From positions 831,430 through 895,429 of the forward strand of contig CBDBKC010000038.1 in the NCBI GenBank assembly GCA_965206655.1: a stretch of 64,000 nt of DNA. The letters are read 5' to 3'. How positions within the stretch are numbered: position 1 is the first letter of the stretch; every line of letters starts with the position of its first letter. Shown here piece by piece: positions 32,741 through 39,048 of this stretch. Position numbers and translations under genes: made by a program. The notes under the pieces are model-generated. The model did no database searches, had not been told where the DNA came from, and was given only the letters and a program-made list of their open reading frames with translations. The DNA comes from Bryobacterales bacterium. Lineage in GTDB: Bacteria; Acidobacteriota; Terriglobia; Bryobacterales; UBA6623.

Positions 32741-32816
32741 GCAGGGTTGGTGTAAGCGGGCAGCATGGCGGATTCCAAACCCGCCGGTGGAGGTTCGAGG
32801 CCTTCACCCTGTGCCA
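32741..32816 (+). tRNA. tRNA-Trp (anticodon CCA)
   Basis: Manual cloverleaf: acceptor GCAGGGU/ACCCUGU, G73, encoded CCA, T-loop UUCGAGG; anticodon stem has one mismatch. Confidence 0.65.
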
Positions 32817-32859
32817 GAAGTTTGTGGTCTTTGACAACCGAATAGCCGTAAGAATTCGT

Positions 32860-32934
32860 TGCGGGATAGCTGGAGTGGCTCCAGTCCGGTCTCATAAGCC
32901 GGTAAGGGCGGTTCGATTCCGCCTCCCGCAACCA
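32860..32934 (+). tRNA. tRNA-Met (anticodon CAT; elongator or Ile2-type)
   Basis: Acceptor UGCGGGA/UCCCGCA, anticodon loop CUCAUAA, T-arm GGCGG-UUCGAUU-CCGCC, CCA encoded. Confidence 0.75.
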
Positions 32935-32950
32935 TTTTCGGAACAGGAAG

Positions 32951-33050
32951 GTGTGAAGAAATCGGGACTGTCACAAGCGCGGGCCAAAGCACTCGCCGGT
33001 TCGCAAGCGCTGACTGAAGCGCGGTTGACTGTCCCAGCATTTTTTCGCAC
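32951..33050. repeat. MITE-like palindromic element, copy 3 (diverged)
   Basis: gggactgtc … gactgtccc with aaa/ttttt flanks. Confidence 0.55.
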
Positions 33051-33059
33051 CTTCAAAAT

Positions 33060-33134
33060 GCCGGAGTCGTTCAACAGATAGGACCCTGGGCTTCGAACCC
33101 AGTGATGCGGGTGCAACTCCTGTCTCCGGTTCCA
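33060..33134 (+). tRNA. tRNA-Arg (anticodon TCG), non-canonical D/T loops
   Basis: Acceptor GCCGGAG/CUCCGGU, anticodon arm CUGGG-CUUCGAA-CCCAG, D-loop AACAGAUA (no GG), T-loop UGCAACU (G55), CCA encoded. Confidence 0.6.
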
Positions 33135-33138
33135 GTTT

Positions 33139-33218
33139 GGCCGTGTAGCTCCAATTCGGTAGAGCGTCCGGTTGAAGCCCGGAGCCTTGTGCTGGTTCGA
33201 TTCCAGCCGCGGCCACCA
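33139..33218 (+). tRNA. tRNA-Phe (GAA)
   Basis: Anticodon loop UUGAAGC, canonical T-loop UUCGAUU, A73-CCA; slightly long D and variable loops. Confidence 0.75.
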
Positions 33219-33224
33219 GTTTTC

Positions 33225-33299
33225 CGGCAGGTAGCCCAATGGCAAGGCGCCTGACTGTTAATCAGACCGATGGAGGTTCGAGTCCTCCCCTGCCGGCCA
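33225..33299 (+). tRNA. tRNA-Asn (GTT)
   Basis: Anticodon loop CUGUUAA; T-arm GGAGG-UUCGAGU-CCUCC; CCA encoded. Confidence 0.85.
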
Positions 33300-33312
33300 A
33301 GCAAATTGTCGA

Positions 33313-33389
33313 GGACCTGTAGCCAAGTGGAAAGGCGGCCGGCTGCAACCCGGTCTATGCGTTGGGTTCGATTCCCACCGGGTCCTCCA
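33313..33389 (+). tRNA. tRNA-Cys (GCA)
   Basis: Anticodon arm GCCGG-CUGCAAC-CCGGU; U73; CCA encoded. Confidence 0.8.
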
Positions 33390-33409
33390 ACAGATGTAGA
33401 GAAGATCGT

Positions 33410-33484
33410 TCGGAGATGGTGCAACAGGGAGCACGGGTGGCTTTGACCCATCGAATCCTGGTTCGAGTCCAGGTCTCCGATCCA
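33410..33484 (+). tRNA. tRNA-Gln (TTG)
   Basis: Anticodon loop CUUUGAC; T-arm CCUGG-UUCGAGU-CCAGG; CCA encoded. Confidence 0.8.
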
Positions 33485-33500
33485 AAGTTCGAGGAATCGC

Positions 33501-33578
33501 GGACCGTTGGCGCAGTCCGGCAGTCGCGCTCGGTTGTCAGCCGAGAGGTCGTGGGTTCAAATCCCATACGGTCCGCCA
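33501..33578 (+). tRNA. tRNA-Asp (GTC)
   Basis: Anticodon arm CUCGG-UUGUCAG-CCGAG; G73; CCA encoded. Confidence 0.8.
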
Positions 33579-33779
33579 GAGCTTGGGTGACGGGGAGCGT
33601 GGAGGGGGATCCCAGAAATGCTCAGGGGACGTCGCCCAATTCGATCTGGCTTAGGCGGTCTGGCTGCAATCAACAGATCACCGGCATCATCGGCCTTCGG
33701 CCGAGCTTGGAGATCGCGCACAGCGCGACCCGGCACGGCACAGCCGCGCGCCACAAAGCTTGTCGCGTTTCAGAGTTGA

Positions 33780-33854
33780 GCGTCCTTGGTGTCAACGGCA
33801 GCATGAAAGCCTTCCAAGCTTAGGGTGTCGGTTCAAATCCGACAGGACGCTCCA
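33780..33854 (+). tRNA. tRNA-Gly (TCC)
   Basis: Anticodon loop CUUCCAA, U73, T-arm GUCGG-UUCAAAU-CCGAC, CCA encoded. Confidence 0.7.
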
Positions 33855-33855
33855 T

Positions 33856-33933
33856 CAGGGTGTAGCTCAGTTTGGCCAGAGTTCCCGCCTTGGAAGCGGG
33901 ATGGCGTTGGTTCGAATCCAACCACCCTGACCA
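33856..33933 (+). tRNA. tRNA-Pro (TGG)
   Basis: Anticodon arm CCCGC-CUUGGAA-GCGGG; A73; CCA encoded. Confidence 0.85.
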
Positions 33934-33954
33934 CTTTTGTGGATTCCTAATTGT

Positions 33955-34029
33955 GGGTTCGTAGTTCAACAGCAGAACGGGTGACTTTTAATCATCACAA
34001 TGAGGGTGCGAATCCTTCCGAGCCCACCA
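33955..34029 (+). tRNA. tRNA-Lys (TTT), non-canonical D/T loops
   Basis: D-arm GUUC-AACAGCA-GAAC (no GG), anticodon loop CUUUUAA, T-loop UGCGAAU (G55), CCA encoded. Confidence 0.65.
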
Positions 34030-34030
34030 T

Positions 34031-34106
34031 GGGCCTATAGCTCAATTAGCAGAGCGCCTGCCTTGCAAGCAGGAGGTCGCGAGTGCAACTCCCGCCAGGT
34101 CCACCA
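34031..34106 (+). tRNA. tRNA-Ala (TGC), non-canonical D/T loops
   Basis: G3·U70 present, anticodon arm CCUGC-CUUGCAA-GCAGG, variable AGGUC; D-loop AAUUAGCA (no GG), T-loop UGCAACU (G55). Confidence 0.6.
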
Positions 34107-34117
34107 ACTTTGTTTGT

Positions 34118-34193
34118 AGGTCTATAGCTCAACCGGCAGAGCACCCGGTTCTTACCCGGGAGGTTGGGGGTTCGACGCCCTCTGGGCCTACCA
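34118..34193 (+). tRNA. tRNA-Lys (CTT)
   Basis: Anticodon arm CCCGG-UUCUUAC-CCGGG; canonical UUCGACG T-loop; CCA encoded. Confidence 0.75.
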
Positions 34194-34209
34194 AGTTTCT
34201 TGGAGCTTG

Positions 34210-34318
34210 TGCGAGGGCGAAAAACTGGGGACAGTCCACGGCGCGCCGCTTGCGAATGCGGCAAGCAGAGAAGTGACAGGGGCGGCGCTTGGTACAGTCC
34301 CCGTTTTTCGCGGGTTCG
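34210..34318. repeat. MITE-like palindromic element, copy 4
   Basis: …gaaaaactggggacagtcc…ggtacagtccccgttttt…. Confidence 0.7.
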
Positions 34319-34338
34319 ACGCCCGGCCCACAAAGTTC

Positions 34339-34415
34339 GGCCTTGTAGCCCAACCGGCAGAGGCGGCCGTCTCAAAAGCGGCGCAGTGAAGGTTCGAATC
34401 CTTCCAGGGCCACCA
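34339..34415 (+). tRNA. Class-I (short variable loop) tRNA with anticodon CAA (Leu codon UUG); isotype uncertain
   Basis: Anticodon arm GCCGU-CUCAAAA-GCGGC (perfect), 5-nt variable loop, canonical GAAGG-UUCGAAU-CCUUC T-arm, A73-CCA. Confidence 0.5.
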
Positions 34416-34485
34416 AGGTTTTGGCTGTGATGAAGGGGAGCGGTTGACGGCGGGACCGCTCTCTGACGATTACGGCTCGGTTTTT

Positions 34486-34562
34486 GCCTCGCTGATGGAA
34501 TTGGCATACATACCTGTCTTAGAAACAGGGTCTTCCAGGTTCGACTCCTGGGCGAGGTACCA
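34486..34562 (+). tRNA. Class-I (short variable loop) tRNA with anticodon TAG (Leu codon CUA); isotype uncertain
   Basis: Anticodon arm CCUGU-CUUAGAA-ACAGG (perfect), variable GUCUU, T-arm CCAGG-UUCGACU-CCUGG, A73-CCA. Confidence 0.5.
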
Positions 34563-34571
34563 ATTTGAAGT

Positions 34572-34654
34572 GGGTCGTACCGCGTGGCGCGGAAGCGGGC
34601 TGTAACCCCGCGGCTCGACGAGCACCGCTGGTTCGATTCCAGCACGACCCACCA
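34572..34654 (+). tRNA. tRNA-Tyr (GTA), class II
   Basis: Anticodon arm GCGGG-CUGUAAC-CCCGC, long variable arm GGCUCGACGAGCAC, A73-CCA. Confidence 0.7.
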
Positions 34655-34661
34655 CAGTTTC

Positions 34662-34738
34662 GGGCGTGTAGCTCAACGGAGAAGAGCAGGCGGCTTCTAC
34701 CCGCCCGGCTGGGGGTTCGAATCCTCCCACGCTCGCCA
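34662..34738 (+). tRNA. tRNA-Arg (TCT)
   Basis: Anticodon arm GGCGG-CUUCUAC-CCGCC; G73; CCA encoded. Confidence 0.8.
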
Positions 34739-34833
34739 AGAAAAAAGGGGACAGTCCACTTCGCGCCTCTTGGGGGTCCGGAGACGACCGCTGAGCCTTT
34801 AGGTGGCGCTCGGTACAGTCCCCATTCTTCTTG
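34737..34833. repeat. MITE-like palindromic element, copy 5
   Basis: caagaaaaaaggggacagtcc…ggtacagtccccattcttcttg. Confidence 0.65.
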
Positions 34834-34845
34834 AAGCCAAGAGAT

Positions 34846-34920
34846 TCTGGGTTAGCGTAACGGCAGCGCGGGCCGGCTGTGAACCGGTCGGAGTCAGTTC
34901 GAGTCTGACACCCAGTACCA
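34846..34920 (+). tRNA. tRNA-His (GTG)
   Basis: Anticodon loop CUGUGAA; irregular 5' acceptor end (possible -1 nucleotide) as usual for tRNA-His; CCA encoded. Confidence 0.65.
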
Positions 34921-34921
34921 C

Positions 34922-34997
34922 GGGGCAGTAGTCCAAGCGGATAGGATGCAGGGCTTTCAACCCTGCGATGAGAGTTCGATTCTCTCCTGCCCTGCCA
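34922..34997 (+). tRNA. tRNA-Glu (TTC)
   Basis: Anticodon arm CAGGG-CUUUCAA-CCCUG; G73; CCA encoded. Confidence 0.8.
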
Positions 34998-35002
34998 AGT
35001 CC

Positions 35003-35078
35003 GGGAGCGTAGCTCAGTCAGCAGAGCGTACGTCTGATATGCGTGAGGCCGAAGGTGCAATTCCTTCCGCTCCCACCA
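35003..35078 (+). tRNA. tRNA-Ile (GAT), non-canonical D/T loops
   Basis: Anticodon loop CUGAUAU; D-loop AGUCAGCA (no GG); T-loop UGCAAUU (G55); A73-CCA. Confidence 0.65.
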
Positions 35079-35085
35079 AGTCTGT

Positions 35086-35163
35086 TGCGGGTTAACTCAG
35101 CCGGGTCAGAGTGCCTCTCTTACAAAGAGGAAGTCAGGGGTTCGAGTCCCCTACCCGCTACCA
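35086..35163 (+). tRNA. tRNA-Val (TAC)
   Basis: Anticodon arm CCUCU-CUUACAA-AGAGG; U1·U72 mismatch; CCA encoded. Confidence 0.75.
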
Positions 35164-35167
35164 ATTC

Positions 35168-35176
35168 GCCCTCTTA
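35168..35176 (+). pseudogene. 5' acceptor strand plus positions 8-9 (gccctct-ta) of a tRNA-Thr split by IS630 insertion
   Basis: Complementary to the 3' acceptor AGGGGGC at 36330-36336; TA at 35175-35176 is duplicated at 36273-36274. Confidence 0.5.
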
Positions 35177-36272
35177 CTGAGTCCCGCATAATATTCAGTT
35201 AATCGAACGACAAAGAAGATTGCTTCCAAAAGGCGGCGATCAAGCGCCGTTTGCGGCGCATGCGGCGCAAAGTCGTGCGTGCCCGCTCGTCGAGCTCCCA
35301 GTAGTCGTTGGGGCAGACGTTGGGCAACTCGTGCTGCTTCCAGTAGGCCCAGATGTATTCCACCGGATTCAGCTCCGGGGCGTAGCCCGGCAAGTACTCG
35401 GTCTCGATGTGGCCCTGCGACAACGCGATGAACTCGCGCACCAACGCGCTGCGATGCGCCGGCAAGCGATCCCACACGATCAGCAACGGACGTTGTATGT
35501 GGCGCAGCAGCGCCTTGAGGAAATCGATCACCTCGGGACCGCGGATGGCGTCGGGATAGAGACGGAAATAGAAGTTGTGGAAAGTGATTCCGGCCGCCGC
35601 CGAGAGCTTCTTCCAGTTGAAGTTGAACTGCAGTACGGGCGTCTGCCCGCGCGGCGCCCAAGTACGGCAGCGATGTGGCTTCTGGCTCAGTCCGCTTTCG
35701 TCGATGAAGACGATCGTGCGGCCCTGCTTTTGCGCTTTTTTTTAATGGCGGGCCAAGTCTTCTTCTGCCAAGTCTGAATCGCTTCCTCGTTGCGCTCGCG
35801 GGCCTTGCCGACCGGCCGTTGCGGGCTCCAATGCAGCGCCCGCAGTAGCTTCCAGACGTGGCCTTCGTGGTAGCGCACCCCGAAACGGTCGCGGATCAAC
35901 CGCGCCACCCGCGGACAGCTCCACAGCGGTGTCGGGAAGCCGTGCGCTTCGGGTCCTTCGAGCAGCAGCCCTTCCAGCTCGGCGAGCTGCGCGGCGCTCA
36001 GCAACGGCTTGCGGCCGGCGCGACCGGCTTTGGCTAGCCCGGCTCGGCCGTCTTCGCGGTAACGCTGCACCCAGCCGCTGACGCTTTGTTGGGCGGCTTG
36101 GACTCTACGCGCCGCCTCAGCTTGGCTCAGTCCTTTTTCCACGACCAGCCGCACCGCCTCGATGCACCGCTTCTCCAGCGCCGCAAAGTCTCGCTTCACG
36201 CCTTTTGGAAAACCCATATCCAAAAGACGTCGCTCCATTACAAAAGGTTACCCTATATTATGCGGGACTCAG
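35177..36272 (-). mobile_element. IS630-family insertion sequence (1096 bp) with ~22-bp terminal inverted repeats and a TA target-site duplication
   Basis: Left end ctgagtcccgcataatat… versus right end …atattatgcgggactcag; flanking TA/TA. Confidence 0.8.
35199..36238 (-). CDS. IS630-family DDE transposase encoded in two frames joined by a predicted -1 ribosomal frameshift at A_AAA_AAG (35735-35743)
   Basis: N-terminal HTH ORF 35687..36238 ends …WPAIKKKRKS*. The -1 frame continues …KKAQKQGRTIVFIDESGLSQKPH… into ORF 35199..35531 (DDE region …LPGYAPELNPVE…). Confidence 0.75.
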
Positions 36273-36340
36273 TAGTTCAATGGGAGAACCGCTGTCTTGT
36301 AAACAGCCAATGGGGGTTCGATTCCACCCAGGGGGCTCCA
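36273..36340 (+). pseudogene. 3' portion of tRNA-Thr (TGT) (D-arm through CCA) separated from its 5' acceptor strand by the IS630 insertion
   Basis: ta-GUUC-AAUGGGA-GAAC, anticodon arm GCUGU-CUUGUAA-ACAGC, irregular T-stem, …AGGGGGC-U-CCA. Confidence 0.6.
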
Positions 36341-36350
36341 AGTTCGACGC

Positions 36351-36442
36351 GGAAGGATGGCCGAGTCCGGGAAGGCATTGGCCTGCTACGCCAAGGTGGG
36401 GCCGAAAGGCCCTCGGGGGTTCAAATCCTCCTCCTTCCGCCA
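36351..36442 (+). tRNA. tRNA-Ser (GCT), class II
   Basis: Anticodon arm UUGGC-CUGCUAC-GCCAA, long variable arm, G73-CCA. Confidence 0.85.
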
Positions 36443-36464
36443 AGTTTTGAAACAGCAAGTCTCG

Positions 36465-36554
36465 GGAGAGTTGGCCGAGCGGGAAGGCTCCGGTTTTGAA
36501 AACCGGTGACGTGTCGAGACGCACGCGGGGGTTCGATTCCCTCACTCTCCTCCA
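36465..36554 (+). tRNA. tRNA-Ser (TGA), class II
   Basis: Anticodon arm CCGGU-UUUGAAA-ACCGG, long variable arm, CCA encoded. Confidence 0.8.
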
Positions 36555-36628
36555 AACACGACGGAGTGACTTGACTCCTCCAGGCGGGTACCCATTGGCG
36601 TATACTCCAGGCTCGGAGGTCCGCTGGC

Positions 36629-37639
36629 ATGAGCACGTTGGAGCGAAGACAATTTCTGAAGAGGTCCGCCGCCCTCGGGATCGGTCTCTCGATCGTTTCC
36701 TCTGAGGCATTTGGCGCGGGCTCCGACAGGGACGTGAATCAGGGTTTTGCCGCGCTGCGAAAGCGATTGCGCGGCGTCCACAACTTTTTGACGACGCCCT
36801 TCCGGTCTGACTACACGTTGGACACCGAGGGCTTGCGGCAAAATGTAGCTCACCACGCCCGCGGTGACGTCGGCGACATGACGATCGTTGTGGGCGGCGG
36901 GCTCGGTGAGTTGTTCACACTCAATGCGGACGAGCAGAAAGCCATGGCCGAGGCCGCTGTCGCCGGCGCACAAGATAAGCTGCCGGTCGTTGTCGGCGCC
37001 GGAGGCGGTTACGGAGCGGCGCTTCGCATGGCCCGTAACGCAGAGGACGCCGGGGCGGATGCGATTCTTCTGTTTTCGTCCCCCTACGGCAGCGGGGATG
37101 CGGAGGGCGCTTACCGCTACTTCAAAGACATCGCCGACGCTGTGAAGATCGGAGTTATCCTCTACCCCCGCGGGAAGGAAGAGCACTGGGCCGAGACGAT
37201 CCGCCGGCTCACGGAGACGCCCAATATCATCGGGTTCAAGGACGCCAGCGGAGGGATCGCGGTCGGGGAGTCACTAGGCGCGCTTGTCCCCGATAACTTT
37301 CTCTGGATCGCCGAAGGAGAGGAACACGCCGTCAAGGCGTTCCCGGCAGGCGCCAGGGCCTACACGAGCGCTGTCGCCGTTTTCGTTCCGGAACTCTGCC
37401 GGCAATTTTGGGAAGCCGGTGTCACCGGGCGTCTTGATGAGATGAACAGCACTCTTCGCGACAAGATCGACCCCGTCGTCGCCTTGCGTCGGGTGAGAAC
37501 GGGCTACGGAATCAGCGCCATAAAGGTTGGCCTCGAAGCACTGGGGCGCGCGGGCGGACCGGTTCGGCCGCCGGGCACGGTAGTCCTTCCAGAGGACCGA
37601 GAGAAAATAGCTGCAATCGCGCGGCGGTATTCGAAGTAG
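36629..37639 (+). CDS. Tat-exported DHDPS/N-acetylneuraminate-lyase-family (DapA-like) class I aldolase
   Basis: RRQFLKRSAALGIGL Tat motif; GGGLGELFTLNADEQ and IIGFKDASGG (Schiff-base Lys) motifs. Confidence 0.7.
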   Translation: MSTLERRQFLKRSAALGIGLSIVSSEAFGAGSDRDVNQGFAALRKRLRGVHNFLTTPFRSDYTLDTEGLRQNVAHHARGDVGDMTIVVGGGLGELFTLNADEQKAMAEAAVAGAQDKLPVVVGAGGGYGAALRMARNAEDAGADAILLFSSPYGSGDAEGAYRYFKDIADAVKIGVILYPRGKEEHWAETIRRLTETPNIIGFKDASGGIAVGESLGALVPDNFLWIAEGEEHAVKAFPAGARAYTSAVAVFVPELCRQFWEAGVTGRLDEMNSTLRDKIDPVVALRRVRTGYGISAIKVGLEALGRAGGPVRPPGTVVLPEDREKIAAIARRYSK

Positions 37640-37681
37640 ACTCTACGTCCCAGCGCCGAACGAACCCGGGTCCATCGGCTG

Positions 37682-38947
37682 TCAGCGAACGGCTACGACC
37701 GCGACTTGCTCGAACTGATCTTGGATGACCTGGACGGTCGTTCGAGCGGGCGGGTTCCGTGGGAAGTTCCTTTGGAACACTGCGTCCATACGGGCCATGT
37801 CACGCTCAACGTCCTTCAAGTAGACGTGGATCTGAACGACGTGGTCCAGGTCCATGCCGGCGAGTTGGAGGGTGTCACGAATCTTCTCGAGTGAATCCTG
37901 CATCTGTTCTTCCAGTGTTTCACCCCGGCCGGACTTTCCCGATGTCCACAACGTATCGCCGTCGAGCACTCCACCCCCGGAACTTGTGGCGCTGGTTCCC
38001 ATGTACTGGGGGATGACGCGGCCTTTCGTTTGAACTTCGCTTGTAGCGACCAGCGCGAACTGCACCCGACTTTCAGGTCCCGGCAAGCGGGAGATACAGA
38101 AGCTGGCGCGGCTCGGGGCTGTTCCCAATTCAAAGAACGTCTTCCATATGGAGTTGAGCTTGGGGTAGCTTTCTCGCGTCAGAAAGTAGGGATTGGCGAA
38201 GACAACGTGCTCGAAGCTCAAGCCCGCGTCGGCTAAGGTCGAAGCGGCTTTCTCCATGGCGGTCTGGGTCTGCGCCTCGATGGTTTCGGCAAACTTTCCG
38301 GTGTCATCGCGGCCGCCCCGGCCGGCCAGATAGAGTCGGTTTCCCGCCCAGACTGCTTGGCTGAGGGGGTTCTTCGTCACCGGCGCTGAACGATCTCGCG
38401 GTGTCACGACTCGGATCCGAGATCGGTCCGCGTAAGCAATGCAACTGACCTCGATCCCAGCCCCGGCCGGCAGTCCTGGCATCTCAAGCGTCGTGCGCGC
38501 CGGGTAGGAGCCCGCTTCAAAGTAGCCCCCATAGACCTTGTTCATCGTCTGATAGTTGCCCATGTCGGCAAGGTAAACGTGACATGTGACCACGTTGCCA
38601 TAGTCCATTCCGGCTTCGTTTAGAACGTAGCCCATTCTGTCCATAGCCATTCTCACCTGGGCTTCGACCTCGCTTGGTGGGTCGCCCGTTTTGGGATCCA
38701 GATCCGTCTGCCCGGCGATGTAGAGCGTCTCTCCCACCAGCACGCCGGGGCTATAGGGTCCGCCAGGCGGGAACTCACCCGGGTAGACGATTCGGCGCGG
38801 AACTTTATGCGCTGAGGCAATCGGTGTGGACTTGGAGGGACCCTCCCCCTCGCAGGCCCAGGGTAGCAGCGGCAACGACGCGACTACAAACAGCCTTGCG
38901 AGCAGCGTCGATAGGGCCTTCGGGACGTAGCGATACTCTTGGCTCAT
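37682..38947 (-). CDS. Secreted protein made of three tandem RidA/YjgF/L-PSP (Rid-family) domains
   Basis: 421 aa: signal peptide/lipobox-like LPLLPWAC followed by three ~125-aa repeats, each with Rid-like …GETLYIAGQ…/…GNRLYLAGR…/…GDTLWTSGK… and …V.V.VYL.D… elements. Confidence 0.65.
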   Translation of the reverse strand: MSQEYRYVPKALSTLLARLFVVASLPLLPWACEGEGPSKSTPIASAHKVPRRIVYPGEFPPGGPYSPGVLVGETLYIAGQTDLDPKTGDPPSEVEAQVRMAMDRMGYVLNEAGMDYGNVVTCHVYLADMGNYQTMNKVYGGYFEAGSYPARTTLEMPGLPAGAGIEVSCIAYADRSRIRVVTPRDRSAPVTKNPLSQAVWAGNRLYLAGRGGRDDTGKFAETIEAQTQTAMEKAASTLADAGLSFEHVVFANPYFLTRESYPKLNSIWKTFFELGTAPSRASFCISRLPGPESRVQFALVATSEVQTKGRVIPQYMGTSATSSGGGVLDGDTLWTSGKSGRGETLEEQMQDSLEKIRDTLQLAGMDLDHVVQIHVYLKDVERDMARMDAVFQRNFPRNPPARTTVQVIQDQFEQVAVVAVR

Positions 38948-39048
38948 GGTATGTCTCGCATTTTCGAGGCTTCAACGGATGGGATCAAGTTAGATCAGAC
39001 CGCATGGTCGATTGTTCCTAACGACTCCCAGCGAAACGAGCGTGAATG

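Noticed and set aside
33060-33134. Initially read as a minus-strand tRNA fragment because of a 'cttcgaa' hairpin
   Set aside because: Re-registration shows the hairpin is the anticodon arm (CUGGG-CUUCGAA-CCCAG) of a complete plus-strand tRNA-Arg(TCG) with encoded CCA.
34339-34415. Possible tRNA-Sec (UCA anticodon) suggested by 'tctcaaa' in the loop region
   Set aside because: The only 5-bp perfectly paired anticodon stem puts CAA, not UCA, at positions 34-36. The molecule also lacks the 9/4 or 8/5 acceptor/T architecture and long variable arm of tRNA-Sec.
35158-35661. 167-aa minus ORF overlapping the IS630 transposase
   Set aside because: It is the third frame across the transposase gene. 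The two-frame transposase with the A_AAA_AAG shift explains the locus fully.
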